A stretch of DNA of 58,886 nucleotides, the filler included, from Catajapyx aquilonaris (Eukaryota), in assembly GCA_000934665.2 (NCBI GenBank). It is 3 parts of 3 records of this genome, joined end to end, with 100 filler letters (N's around TTAATTAATTAA, not from the genome) between each part and the next. Parts side by side here need not be neighbours in the genome. Positions count along the whole stretch, not along the records: positions 19,651 to 39,187 come from JYFJ02006437.1; 2 more parts are not named here. One strand, written 5' to 3'. A program made the translations under genes and the position numbers. How positions within the stretch are numbered: position 1 is the first letter of the stretch; each line of letters opens with the position of its first letter. This document shows positions 25,179-38,490 of the stretch, piece by piece. The notes beneath the pieces are model-generated. The model was not told where the DNA came from. It searched no databases and was given only the letters and a program-made list of their open reading frames with translations.

Positions 25179-26098
25179 AGGGCGATCAAACTTTTTTGTC
25201 GTTTTAGTTATTGACAAATTCGGCCTTAGTTGCTTATATTGTAGCCGTGTGTAGCAACCAGTTGTGGAAATCAGAAATCGGAAATAACAACAGTTGATAT
25301 TATACAGTTATATTAGGGATTAAACAACACAAAACAAATGAAGAATGGCATTCGAATTTGTCCGAATCGATCTTCACATCAACTGGATATCAACTGTTGT
25401 TATTTCCGATTTCTGATTTCAACAAAGAGTTCTGCTATATTATATATACACCTAGAGGAGGCACTCGGCCTGAAATGTGAGGCAGGCAACAATGCAGGCA
25501 ACAATATTACCTCCAACAAGATGGCGGATGCCTGACATTATTGAACTAATTGTCGCCCAGTTGTCATTATTGGTTGTTGTCCCAGTTGCTAGACAACTGT
25601 TAGAACAACAATATTACCTCCAACAAGATGGCGGCTTCCTCAGCCTGCCCGGCCTGTCTAATGGAAAAGGATGGGGAGTACCTCCTCTAGGTATTATATT
25701 ATATAATATCAGAACTCTTTGGATTTCAATAACTAAAGCGACAAAAAAGTTTGATCACCCTGTATAATAATTGTGGGGGTAGTGCTTCACCTTTCGGCGT
25801 TCGGCACGGACCTTTATTATTTGATCGTACATAGTGTACAAGTTGGAGCCATTGAGAAGCGCCCGGGCCCACGGGCAGGATGACAGGAGGGGATGTGCAA
25901 GTGCAGTGCATCTGACGTGGTGGCCATTTTTAGTGAACTCCCCTGGGTGGTTTAGTCTGTGGAAATACCACCCGAGACAAAGCCAGAGGTGACCCTGAAG
26001 TCTGCACGAGATGAAGGGGGTGTCCCTGGGTTGCGATCGAACCCGGGACCTTAACATCCGTGGGCGCATACGTTACCGCAGCACCACTTCGCCTCCCC
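25116..26098 (-). mobile_element. Full-length family-1 SINE with (TTA)n tail and 15-bp TSD, interrupted by MITEs
   Basis: TGATGAGGAGGTGAA is duplicated at 25101-25115 and 26099-26113; tRNA-like head at 26098; (AAT)n tail ~25114-25177. Confidence 0.85.
25178..25762. mobile_element. TA-targeting MITE inserted in the SINE tail, carrying a nested inverted-repeat element
   Basis: TIRs CAGGGCGATCAAACTTTTTTGTCG / CGACAAAAAAGTTTGATCACCCTG with TA flanks; inner IR CCTAGAGGAGG(C/T)ACTC at 25451 and 25691. Confidence 0.85.
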
Positions 26099-26329
26099 TG
26101 ATGAGGAGGTGAAAGCATATGGGTAGCAGCAAGGGCTGTTGCTTGTTCTTGCAGAATTTGGCACCACGTTTTGACAAGTCATTTCATCTGCATGCTGCTT
26201 ACGTACTGTTGTAACTGAAGATATGCTCCATTATGTGGCTGGTGATTTTCATGAGAAGGCTTTCAAAAAATTATGGCCCAACAGGACTTTTGCAATGCAT
26301 TAATGTCACAATTTTTTAAACCATTATAT

Positions 26330-26627
26330 CAGCAGTTCTCAACCGGTGGGACTCGTCCCCCCTGGGGGGCAGGGGAGGCGCGCGTACTTACCCTCACAAT
26401 GTAGCATTGTACTGATTTCGGCTATCGGCAACATTCTGCCCTGAATAAGACAATTATGTGACTCGAAACCGGCACAAAAGTTGCACTGATTTGGTAAGTA
26501 CAGTACGTCTGTACATTCCTAAACTACTTACTGGACTACTTACTAGTATAGTAAAGTAGTCGTAGTGTGTAGTTGGGTGGGGGCTGGAAAGGGGGGCCCA
26601 ATGTCACATATAGGTTGAGAACCACTG
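26330..26627. mobile_element. hAT (Charlie-like) MITE
   Basis: TIRs CAGCAGTTCTCAACC / GGTTGAGAACCACTG with a perfect 8-bp TSD CATTATAT. Confidence 0.9.
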
Positions 26628-26835
26628 CATTATATCGTTGTGCACTGTTTACCCCAAACATCATATCATGGTTATAATTATCTTCTGTCCAGAATTTAAT
26701 TTACATTAAGATTGGTGGAAATTCTATGAAGTCTCCTGCATTAAGGTTCCTTCCTGCTGCACACCTCCTCCCTGTTGCAGTCCAGGAGCCAACATGATGA
26801 TATGTGGTTGTGCATGACATTGCCACTGGTACTAT

Positions 26836-26926
26836 CAGTCCACCAAGAATTGTCGCAGCGGCAGTGTACGAACTACAGTTACGAGCACTTCTCCCCGCTG
26901 CCGCTGCGACAATTCTTGGTGGACTG
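26836..26926. repeat. Short perfect hairpin / mini-MITE
   Basis: 29-bp arms CAGTCCACCAAGAATTGTCGCAGCGGCAG / CTGCCGCTGCGACAATTCTTGGTGGACTG around a ~33-nt loop. Confidence 0.75.
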
Positions 26927-27550
26927 CTAGTACATATGGGAGGTCAATTGTAATGCATGCAGAATAGATTCCTGCAGATCATAATTCACAATTTGATAGA
27001 GTCCATTTACCTGTAGAAATATTTGCATCCTTTTCAAAAAGTTCGAAAATCTGTCACTGGCATCAAAGTGTCCAATTACACAACAGGATAACAACACCCA
27101 AAATTTAAAGGAAACTATAGTGAAACCACTGAAACCTTGTGGTTGGATCCTCCAAGATCCTCCCACCAATACCATCATCTCAAGTTGATGGGGTCATTAT
27201 AAAATGACCACACATTGAACAAGAGAAGTGGACAGTGATAATGCAGTTTGGACAACTTAATCTGGAACCCATTAAAATTCTAGCTGACCAACCTAACTCG
27301 AGATGTATGAGACATGGCTTCTGTCATTATAGCCTATGTTAGTTCTGCTAGCCACAAAGCTACAGCGATTGGACCATAGTTATAATTATATTAAATTTGG
27401 AAGGAAAATATAATTATTTATGAAAACACTCCAACTTTTGACCATTGACTATGTATTCCTAGTGCAAGAGTTACCGAAAGGCTCGAAATAATAGCTCTAT
27501 TTGTTGATTGGCTGGTGTATCATTCAGGGAAGTACAGTGATGTTTGAGTA

Positions 27551-27712
27551 CAGTGCTGGCCATATATCGAGGCAACTGCCAGCGACATTTTTCTGAAGCG
27601 GCAGAGGAAGGAATCGAAGATAAGCATGCTACAAGCCGGGCGAGCAAGATTCCTTCTTCTGCCGCTTCGGAAAAATGTTGCTGGCGGTTGCCTTGATATA
27701 TGGCCAGCACTG
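27551..27712. mobile_element. Tc1-type palindromic MITE, copy 2
   Basis: TA-CAGTG...CACTG-TA; same family as 8247-8407. Confidence 0.9.
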
Positions 27713-30067
27713 TACAAGGGAGTGGCTTCATCATGTAAGCTGGTCCAAGAGAGGATTACAATGGCCTTGCACACTCAAGTCCAAGTGTCCAACCAATGCT
27801 GCAGGATGTAATACCAGAGCTTATACTGAAATGAATGGATGCAGTGTAGCTAGGCCATGCTGACACTGCAATAAGTGAATGCAGGGCTTAACTGGTGTTA
27901 CATCAGGACTAGACTGGCCGATGAACCAATAGACCTACCGCCATTATAAGGGGTCAGTAAAAAGTGGGCTCTATGGAATTTGTAAATTGCCTGATATTTA
28001 TGAAAAACGGGGAAAAAATCTAGTCCATTTATTTGACAGCCTTTTGCAATGTTGTTGGGGTAGGTGTGTAACTAGGGGAGGGGGTGGGGTGGGGAAAAAC
28101 TATTGAGTTTGGTGTGGGAGATGAGAGGAGAAATTAGATTTGTCCTCCATTCTCCAATGTAACCTGCCTACCTTGGCAATAATTGCACAGTCCATCAAGA
28201 GAAGGAACTTATGACCTGTTGTTACAGTTACTATTATACAGCATCTTCCACAATGTGGACTGGTTTTTCAAATTAATAAAAATACCTTTTGGTGATATTC
28301 CCTTGCATTTTTCTTTTTATTTAGTGTGCTACTGATTTCATTGTGGCGCACTTGTCAGTATGTAATATGCAAGACAATAATAAAAAGTCACATGCTATGC
28401 TCTTGGGCTTTTCACACGAAATTCAACAGCAGATCGTTTTATTCGAAATCATTTTAGCTGCACAGAAGGCTTGCTACTTCAAACCTGGCCATGCCAAGCT
28501 AGGCAAAACATGACTGGTAGCAGTGCCACCACCTACTTGCACCCATACTGCCCTTAGAGAATTCATTTACACACCTGTAATGCCTGCCCTGTACTGGGGG
28601 TTGCTTAATTGTATGTGATGCAGCCTGCCTGCTCTAGTAAATCACAATCTGAAGTACTTGTCCTCTGTTTGTGACTGAATATTTACCTACCTTTTCAGCT
28701 GCATTGCCCTGTACCACTCACCATACTCCATACATTTGTGCTTGACAGAAATGGTTTTGTTCCAAACTAAAGTAAACACATGAGAGGCTCTGACTCTGCT
28801 TATATTGGCACTTCACATCTCAATAATTGCACAAGTAATTATGTAACAGCTTGCTTTAGGCTGAGAACACATACTTCATTTTCATTGAACATGAGATTAC
28901 TCAGGTATTGTACGGATGGTGTTACGCAAAGAGGAACCAACATATTTTTAATAAGGGCGTTGGGCAGGAGTGAGATTGGTCACTCTTACCACCCCTCCTA
29001 TGGTCAAGTCACTCTCACCTGGAGGAAAATTCATTTCATGAGCTCATACTGTCTCGGTATGGGTCATGCAACTGATCCTAGTTCATTTTATGTCCCCCTT
29101 CTCCACTTCATCTTACACAGATATAAGTTGCCTTTTGCAAAATACCATCCTATTATTGTCTATTCAGACCCTGAGCAGTTGTCAAATCTTACATGCATCA
29201 CTGTTACAATAATTTCACCGGGTTCAACATCAAAAATTGTTGAAATTAAAATTAACAATCCCAGAAAAATAAAATCTAAATTATAATAACAAGAAACTTC
29301 AAACAACTTAATAAATACTCTGCACATGCAATAAACTGTACATAAAAATTTATGCACCTCGTTGAAATTGCAAAAAGGTGAACGTCAAGAGAGCATTGTA
29401 TGTGATACATTGTATGATACAGGCTTTTGTTGCATCCAAATACTTTTTAGCACTCATTCAGATGACTAATACAGTTATGCCATGTACTGCATTGCGGTAT
29501 CTTACTCCATGTGGCCTGTAATACTTGTAGACATGCATTGTTAAGGCTCTTTTGTAAAAGTCTCTGAGTGTTCAACAAGTGTTGAATATTTTGCTCAATT
29601 GCAAGGAGGGAATTGAGAATGTGCCCGAGTCCAAATTCCAAAATTTACATAATGCTAAAGGATAAGCCACAAACCACATTCAAGACGATCCATGCAGCCT
29701 CACCTTCAGAATTCTTTTTGTCATTTTCCATCAATAGATCAGACTCAAATCACCTCATCCCTCTTATGATTACATGTAATTTTCTAGAGCAGTTATTCTC
29801 AAATTTGTTTAAAAAATGCACACATGTTAGGATCTAAATGCAGGAAGGATCCAGACTGAATACAGTGGCTAAGAGAGTTAAAAGGAGTGCGACAATAATC
29901 ACTGAAAGGAAGATGGGAAAGCAGTCTGAACTATATCACGTGGAACTGTCCTAGTGCTTGGCTAGTCTAAAATGTGATTTATGGAATCACCCCAAAGTAC
30001 TGTTTTTAGTACATGGAATCAGACACTTTTTTAGCCCATTTTGAATATCTAAAAGTCATGACTATTG

Positions 30068-33000
30068 CTATGCAGGACAATTTCTGAGGAAGTCAGTGTC
30101 AAAAAAGAGAACTGCTATGGTGATGTCATCCCTAAATGATCTGACAAGATCAGATGGGAGAGACAGCATCTGGGCAAGTCTAGCGTGGTCCAGTCCGTAG
30201 TCGGTGCCCCCCAGGGCATTTCTAACAAGGTGTGTCGCCACATTGGCATCCTGCGGCTTCATGGCCAGTCCCTTCTGGCGCTGCTCCAGCATCTGGTACA
30301 CCTCACTGACTTTCAAAGGGCGGGGTGGGAGACGGAGAGGACTCAAGGTCACCTTTCCAGACATGTGCTCTCCAACTAGACGTACCACCTGCATGGGGCT
30401 CATTTGTTCCCACAGGCCATCTGAAGCCAGAATCAGAAAGCGGTCACGGGGAGTCAAGCAGTGATGTGTCACCTATTTGGAATGGACAAACATTATATTG
30501 GCGTTTGAAGAGTCACAGATAGTTGGCGTTGACTTACCTCCGGCATGGCTGTAAGATAAGGTGGTGTGTAGTAATTAGGTGGTATCACTTTCTCTCCAAG
30601 CCTCTTGATCAGTACTTTCTCCATGACATCTTTCTTCCACTTGTACCTTGGGGTCACCCAGGAATGAGCAAGAATCAGCACAAACACTGAATTTATAAAA
30701 AAATCTGCTCTGATTTGAAGCAGCTTCAAGCAGTTTTTAGTTAACACTTTGAACTGATGTACCACACTGTTTTCATTGTTGTGTAAATATCTATTAACCT
30801 TTTTACTGGGCAGCACTTCCAGTCAAAATGAACTGCTAAAAATAGGGTTATTGAAAAATGGACAATACCAAACTAACCTGAAATCTCCCAATGCCCTGAG
30901 AGGTGCCAGCTGCCCTAGTAACCTGTGCTGCTGTATGACTGTCTCCTTCTCATTGTCTGGGTGCTCCCCAATCAGTCTGGCTACCTCCTCCGCATTGTCT
31001 GCATTATGCTCCTGGGTTAAAACACGGGCCTTCCAGCTCCCTGGTGTCTCTCCTGCCACTCCCAGCACAGCCTGGCAATCACCTGCACTGGCCACGTGCA
31101 TATGGGCTCCATCCACATGCACGACACATGCCACTGACCCTGACACAGCCACAGCCAAGGTTCGGGGATCAGCTGGAAAGTATAGGTATCCACATATCAC
31201 AATTAAGTTTTTTTTTTAAACTTTCATATCGTCTGACTTCACTTTAGAAAGAGAAAGCCAAGAAGTACATAATTCAACCTTCATTACCCCCGCCCCCTGT
31301 ATCGCCTTTTTTCGACCCCATACACCATGAGAGGGTCTCATAATAATAAATAACGGAGCAAAGAAACAATGGAAAACGAAAATATTGGTGGGGGAGTGGA
31401 GGATGGTGTATAGTGTATGGTGTATTCCTTGCACTCGTCCCTTCTTGCCCAACCTCTATGTGCGGGGCCAAATTTCGGATGTTTCTGTTGCTCGTATCTC
31501 GGAAACGGCTGGACAGTGTCAGCTAAAACTTTCACCACTGTGTCTATGGCACATGAATGACCCCTCAAGCAAGTTTCAACCAAATTGGAGGAGACCGACC
31601 TTGACCATTCCCTTGTCAGTAAAGCGATTAGGCTAATACATGAAGGTAGATGTAGAGATTTTAATAACCAACATGCTCCAGAGGCTCCACTGTTGCCATC
31701 CACTGCTTCCCTGGACATGTCAGCATCCAATCTGAGAAATGCTCGCTGCAACACTTGCTTCATGGAAAAATCTTTTCTTGTTCCATGCGAGGCTTGCAGA
31801 TCCTTCAGGAAGGCACGAAAGCTCTGAGCATATAGCCTCTGCAGGTCTTCCACGAGCTCAAATCGGTCGTTATAAATCTCCAGAAGATCAATAGGGCAAC
31901 CCGAATCTAAAGAGGCAATGTATTCAGACAGGAGGTCTGGTGGTAGTAGGCTTGCAGACACGTAATGGAACAGGCGCTCAGATATAACTTGGGAACAGGC
32001 ACTGCCTCCATGGCCATCGAACACACCAAACAGCATCCCTGAAAACAAAGATAAGGTGCATTCAAAAGTAGAAGAGTTCTTAAATGATACAAAATGCAAT
32101 CTACCATAAAACAGACATAGCATGAAACTGCTTGTTGGCTGAGTCTTTGGCTTACCAAGGTAGGACAAATTTCAGAATGGATATGTGACTGTCCCTTTCC
32201 CTTTTCGTGAGTGTACTTGATGACAACAGTGTTTCACCTTTCATGCCACTATAAAGCGGCACCAGTGTAAGATACACAGGGTGGAGGGAAAGTTGCGCCC
32301 AATCGCCAGGTAGACTGATAGTACTCACAAAATTAATATAGGGATGTGTTTAGGGAATAGGCTCTGTTGCATAGTTAATGTGTATGGCGCCCTTAAAGTG
32401 TAGAGGGCCAGATGGTAAAATATGAGGTAAAAATGACACCCGGATTCTTACTCTGACAGGATTTGATCGCCTTTTGCACATGGACGAAGCATTAGGGGAC
32501 CAAGGCTGGATTATTCAGAGGCCCGCGAGCTTACTTTTGCTTCCTCGAAGCTGGCGGAATGGATGTGACGTCACAAAACTTTGACGGCACCACACACATT
32601 AACTACGCAACGGAACCCAAAACTAATTGCACATCCCTATATTAGTTTTACGAGTACTATCAGTCTACCTGGCGATTGGGCGCAAGTTTCTCTTCACCCT
32701 GTATACTCTCTAGTAATAATGTCTAGTAATTTGCATTAAATCTACCATCTACTAGCCTGTAGTCAGCAGACATCTGGCTTCAGTTCTGCAGTCTTCAATG
32801 GGACTGTTTGATGCTAGCTGGTTGGTGTCAAAGGACTTGATACTGCCGGGGATGTTGATGTCCTCAGTATGTTCTTGTGCACGTAAGATGGTGGTTACCT
32901 TATTTTAAAAATCAGGTGTGATTTTTTAAATTGAAGAACTAGTATTATTTCAGTGTAACTTTAAATATTAAATTAATGCACTTGTTACAGAGCCAATAAG

Positions 33001-33560
33001 AACTTTCTATTTGTTCGATGAGTAAGATTTAGACTAATAAAACTACACCTGGGAGAAGAATGGAAATAAATTTAATGGCCTGAATCACAGAAAATGGGGA
33101 AACACATATTGGAAGGGGGGCAAATAGGTGCTCTATCATAAACAAGAAAATAATTTATCTCTCTAATTTTTTTATACTCAATGAGGTAATATTTTATCAA
33201 ATCAGTTGGCTACTGACATGTAGTTATTTAAATATTTCCCAACCTAATTGTAGCCTTAAGGACCTATTGCAGTTTTCCCCTGCATTTGGCACACCATTGT
33301 TAGGTATCCCAATATTATCATCTTCAAATAAAATGTCAAGGATAAATTATCCTTTCTAAATAATCTCTCACTCATTCTTGCTGATGTACAGTACATACTT
33401 CCTGGGGTGAGAGGTGTGCAGGCCTGCTTCTAGAGACACGTAGTGTTCTGGCAGAAATAAGCCTGCATCCACAACAGTTGGGGCTACGATGCACATTGTG
33501 GAACTCAATGCAGCTTCTCTTCAGCAGGTGCAGGCTTGCACGTGTTGCCCCAACAGCCAT
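30068..33560 (-). CDS. PDP1: Mitochondrial pyruvate dehydrogenase phosphatase catalytic subunit (PP2C family), 492 aa
   Basis: Exons 33560-33399, 32898-32757, 32038-31673, 31172-30878, 30646-30538 and 30472-30068 (1479 nt). Motifs NQLASNSPIED, GVFDGHGG, AGDCQAVLG, LRALGDFRYKW, TPPYLTAMPEV, ASDGLWE and FRDDIT; Arg-rich transit-peptide-like N-terminus. Confidence 0.93.
32277..32701. mobile_element. MITE in PDP intron 2
   Basis: ~50-bp TIRs CAGGGTG...TTGCGCCCAATCGCCAGGTAGACTGATAGTACTC and its reverse complement. Confidence 0.8.
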
Positions 33561-36520
33561 CACTCCAGCTCAACCCCAGGCAGTCACCACCTGACAGAGA
33601 CGGATACAGACGTTGATCACTTACACATTACCGCTAATTTGGCAGAATATCAAATGATGCTAGTCTTAATTTACTCACTTAAGATAATTAGGCAATCAAT
33701 TCTGATCTAATCTAGACCATTTGCATTTGCACCACAATACCATATAATATATGCAATGGATGATAGAAGGCTGCATTCAGGAAATAATCGTTAGTTAAAT
33801 ATAGCATATAGCAGCAGCATGATGTGCCTGGAGAGTAGGTCATGAGAAGCAACAAAACATGGCATGCAGCATCTGTACAATTCATCTGCACTTTGAACAT
33901 GTCTGAAAATGTTCTTGCTAATAATGTGACGGAAATATGGCACGTAATGTGCTTATACGAGCACATTCTGGTAAATGTTACGGTCTGTGCTGGGCCTCCT
34001 GAGCAGTCCATCTCACCCATCACAAATCCATCATCCACTAATTAATATTACCTCACAAATATTCTACCCACTGTAACACATGTTTCTGTTTAATTATGTG
34101 CCGTTTACATCACCCTGAAATTTACAATGGCAATTATTACATGATAGAACAACATACAGGGAAGGAAAAAAGATACAAAACTTTAACTCCGTAAAATTTA
34201 ACTGCATTTCCCACCATCATAAGCTTAAAACTATTCAGAAAGTATGAATTGGATACAGTGACCACATAAATTAAAGCAATGAGAGCAAAATTCACTTTAT
34301 ACACAGCCATGACGACACGTAATTACTTGTCCTTAGTTTACACGCTGCAATGAATTACCGTGCAACACGTTTTCATTCGGCAGCGGAGCACATACAGGTT
34401 GAAATATCGGGAATAAAAAGATTAAGAAAAGATTCAGCACACCTAACCTTGAAATTTTCTCCCAGTGTTTCCAACCCGTTCCAACCTTTGAAACACGTTC
34501 CTCTAATTCACTTTTAGGTCTTCACTACATATACATGTGCATAATAATCAAATCTATTACATTACATTTAAAAAAAACATCTTAAAATCAGGCAATGTCC
34601 AGGTGGCTATCAAGCTGCCAACATGCAAAGGCATTGAAAAGGCAATGGATACATATGACGCAAAGTACAGGTGGTACAGGAGGCTGCTGGAGGCCCTCGC
34701 CCGCCCTCGCCCAAGACATCCTGGGCTACACGAGCTTTCCGCAAGAAGAGTGGCGTACAGTTGCAAATAATAATCCTGGCGCTGTGGCGGGCAGTATGGA
34801 CGACAAAGGGCTGCGGCGACCGCCTCGACCGATGCCGGGTATGTCAACTCCGAATTTTCACCCCGAATCATTTACATTTCACAAATCGATCGCTGTTCTC
34901 GCTAAAAGAGCAGAAGAATTTGAAATCGTAACGTCACATAACGCAAAACCAACGAGGTCTCGAAAAAGTTTTCCATTATTTCATTACCCGAATTTCAGGA
35001 ATATTTCACGATCAATCATCCTGCGATGATGTTCATGAATTCCTAAGGTATTAAAACTATGTTGCCATAGAGTAGTAATTAAAGGTCATAATATATGTTA
35101 ATAATCAATAACAACAATTTCATTGTCATTATTATTAGCCTCGATTAGCCTACATTTCCTTATCATGTCCTTTGCTTGGGGTTGGAGTATTTAGCACATG
35201 ACTGTACAAATTATCCAACACTGTGGAAACGCACAGAAATGCGCATCGGTCACATGCCAGTTTACAGCCGATTTGCTATTTGTTTGTTATTGTTTTAATG
35301 CGATTTAAATAGCGCAATTATAGAACTATTCAATTTCAATAATTGCCACTGCAAGAATGGCCAACCCAGTGTTTGAAGCGATTTGCGCGCCTGAAGAGGA
35401 AGGAGAGATCACGTGACGCATGTGCCAATGCGCACAGTGAGTGCAGCATGCAGGAATGAGGCTGGCCTTATCATCGGAGGAGAGAAACATGTCTGACACC
35501 AGTTGGTGCATGATCCTCCTTCGTTTGATCTCTTGTTGACCATTCATCCGCCGGCTGACCCACTGCCCAGCCCCTGGCCCAGCTGCCACCCGCCGCCGCT
35601 TCTCCTTCCTCCGCATCAGGGAGGCTGACGGAGTCCCGTTTGGGGCCAACTCATCCGCCGTGAGTTGTCATCAACCGACGGTACATTATTTTTCCAGCGG
35701 ATCTCCATTCGAAGATAACAATCGACCGTTAATCCCGTTCGAGAGAGAGAGAGAAACCTGTACTTTTGTTTGATCCAGTGCAATCACTTCAAATTAAATT
35801 ATCGGCAATCGTGCAGCCATCTTGAGGAATATGGCTGTGACATCACAATGGTCAACAATGCGACTGATAGAGGCATGTTGTACTTGTTGGCAGTAATTTA
35901 CGGCCATTACGGGTAATTTAGTAGGCCTGCTTTTGACAACAGTTGTCAGGTCTTGAGGTGTGTCACTTTGAAGGCCCTTTTGCATGATGCATATATCTGG
36001 AAGGCAGTGTTTCATGCACATGCAACTGACTTGTCCGAGTTACGGGGACCGGACCATAAAGGCCCCACACCAAAACTAGCTGCACAGTAGAGTTTATGAA
36101 TTTGATTGATAATTCGTATTTGTGTGGTTCCGACATGGTGCTGACGTAATTCCTCCATGTTGATGAACAGTCAAATAATCTGTGACCTTGAGTTGGCAAT
36201 TGTGTATCTTTCCCACCAAATGGTGGACCAGTGTTTTGTATGCCTGGTTACATTGTATTCTGATGTGCCCCTCCATGTGAAATGAGACAGGGAGGTTAAA
36301 AGAAATCAAATGAAAATTAAATGATAGTGGACCAGTGTTAGACTGTGCCAAGTTTGACTGGAATCATTAATTCCTCTGAGGAATGGTTTTCCTATGAGAT
36401 GTTGTCGGACCAGGAACTAGTAACAACTGGTCACTCCCCCTCTTATCACATTGGGAGGCTAACAGGGTGGTTATGTGCTCCAGAGTCACAGGCGGCGCTG
36501 ATCAGAACTCAGATTATGTA

Positions 36521-36650
36521 TACTCTACGGCCCATACCTGTGGCGCTCCTACCGGGGCCCTATGCGAAACTGGCTTCTCTCACTTATTCTATTCTACCTC
36601 ATTGCATAGGGCCCCAGTAGGAGCGCCACAGGTATGGACCATAGAGTGTA
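36521..36650. mobile_element. Short foldback MITE
   Basis: TACTCTACGGCCCATACCTGTGGCGCTCCTAC ... GTAGGAGCGCCACAGGTATGGACCATAGAGTG. Confidence 0.7.
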
Positions 36651-36652
36651 TA

Positions 36653-37250
36653 CAGGAAAACTTCTATAAGTCGAATCTCCTTGGGACCGGAAATATGCTT
36701 CGAGTTATAGAAGACACGACTTGTTAGAGAAGTTACCCTTTTTTAAGCACAGAACTCTATAAGGAAGCCTACCGTACCTTCATATCCAGCGACGAAAGGT
36801 GTTCAAAACTTAAAAATAACTGTCACTATCACACTTAACAATGTTCCTCGTTTTGTTGTAAAAAAAAATCTCCGTTATGGACATTTACCTACTCTTACAA
36901 TTAGATTCAAGGATTCAATTGTCACAATCGAGTCAAACACTTCTTTTGGTACGTCTGATAGACGGAGAGTCTCAGGAAATTGAGCATTTCGGTGCATGTG
37001 GCCTACTCTCGACCCTTCGGCTGGGAAATGAGACAATTTTTCGTACTCGCCAACATGAACTTGGACTTAAAGAGACTGAAAATGCATTGATATCCCATCG
37101 TAAGGCCCTGCCAGCACTTCGAGTTATAGAAATTCGAGTTAGGGAAGTTTCTTTCCTATTATTTTACATTGTGACCAACCAAGCTCATAATTTTCTTCCA
37201 CTTGAAGAGAACTTCGACTTAGGGAAGTTCGACTTATAGAAGTTTTACTG
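36653..37250 (+). mobile_element. Tigger/pogo-like MITE, copy 2
   Basis: TA-CAGGAAAACTTCTATAAGTCGAA ... TTCGACTTATAGAAGTTTTACTG-TA; colinear with 23944-24493. Confidence 0.85.
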
Positions 37251-37400
37251 TATGTTACAGTCAGTGTGTCCAACTCGGGCGTTTTATAAAATGACCAGGC
37301 ACTGTATAGAATGCCCAATTTTTTGGGCATTCTGTATAATGCCTTTAACAAGTTTCGGTCAATGTATAAAATGTCTGGGCATTATACCTAATGCCTAGAG

Positions 37401-37656
37401 CAGTGGTTCCCAACCTTTTTCGGGTCGCGACCCCCTTTTATGATAGTCAAGTAACCTGCGACCCCCCCTCTCCCGAGTGTTAGTAGATGTTGAAAAATAA
37501 CCTTCGTGATGAAATTTCCTATAAAGTTTATTTTATTAATTTATTAATTTCAGTTATTGTTTATTTTATAAAAATAGCCTCGACCTCTCACGGCCCCCCC
37601 TGGACCTGTTCCATGGCTCCTTTGGGGGGTCGCGACCCCCATATTGGGAACCACTG
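37401..37656. mobile_element. hAT (Charlie-like) MITE
   Basis: TIRs CAGTGGTTCCCAA / TTGGGAACCACTG; partial TSD ..TAGAG. Confidence 0.8.
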
Positions 37657-37849
37657 CTGTAGAGGGTGGTGGTCAATGCATTGAATCAATCTGACACGGA
37701 TATTTCAAAAATGTATTTTTTATTGAGACAATAACTTGCAGTTCTCCCAATCATCTCTACACGACCAAAAAGAAAAATTTCGGGAGCATTGGTCAAACAC
37801 TCGCAGAGAATTCCAGGTGTAACCATGGAACCTCAAGGAGACTGTTAAA

Positions 37850-38490
37850 GATAAGGTGTGTAGGTCTACTCTAAGGTGTTTTGGCCATGTGGAGAGGATG
37901 AAGGAGGAGGAGATTGTGAAGAAGGTTTATTTGGGTGGAGTCGTTGGTAAGAGGGGCAAGTGTAGACCTAAGGAAGACATGGTTGGATCAGGTGGGTCAG
38001 TGTCTCAAGGGTGTTGCTAGTGTTAAGCCAAGACGTGTCAATAGGACCATGGACGTGGCTGAGGCTAGGGTTGTTTGTTTGGATAGGTGTAAATGGCGTA
38101 GGTTAATTAATGGGTAAATAGGTATGTGGATAAGGCTTCCTTCACTCCGGCGAGTAGAGGGGACGTCCCTGGCGGGGTTGATGAGGTGCAAGGGTGGTGC
38201 GATACACGTCGGCGTGGCCAGGGCGTCCGGAGTAGTGGCTGGTGGCGAGGGAGGGGGGGGAGGGGGGGGGCTTGATTTGGTGAAGTATCGCATTGCATCT
38301 TAGTGTAATATTTAAATTTAATATTCAGTATCTGTCGTCTGAGATGGGCAGTGGTGGGGTGTGGGACGGGTTGTTGATAGTTTTATTTTCACAAGTTTGA
38401 ATTTAGCTCATAATATTATGTTGGGTTAGCTTGTGTCTCCCTTCATTGCTGACTACCCCTCATAGGGAAATGTCGTGATGTTGTTGTTAT
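37850..38490 (+). mobile_element. 3' fragment of RTE-like LINE
   Basis: Frameshifted LRCFGHVERM...IVKKVY...RKTWLDQV...DRCKWRRL, typical of RTE ORF2 C-termini; 3' UTR ending CATAGGGAAATGTCGTGATGTTGTTG. Confidence 0.75.

Noticed and set aside
26414..26473. Hammerhead-like CTGAATA...GAAACCGG (also CTGACGA at ~513)
   Set aside because: The catalytic core deviates from CUGANGA/GAAA and the stems are poor
34537..35029. Overlapping ORFs upstream of PDP
   Set aside because: No recognisable domain or consistent gene model; more likely GC-rich 5' UTR or promoter sequence
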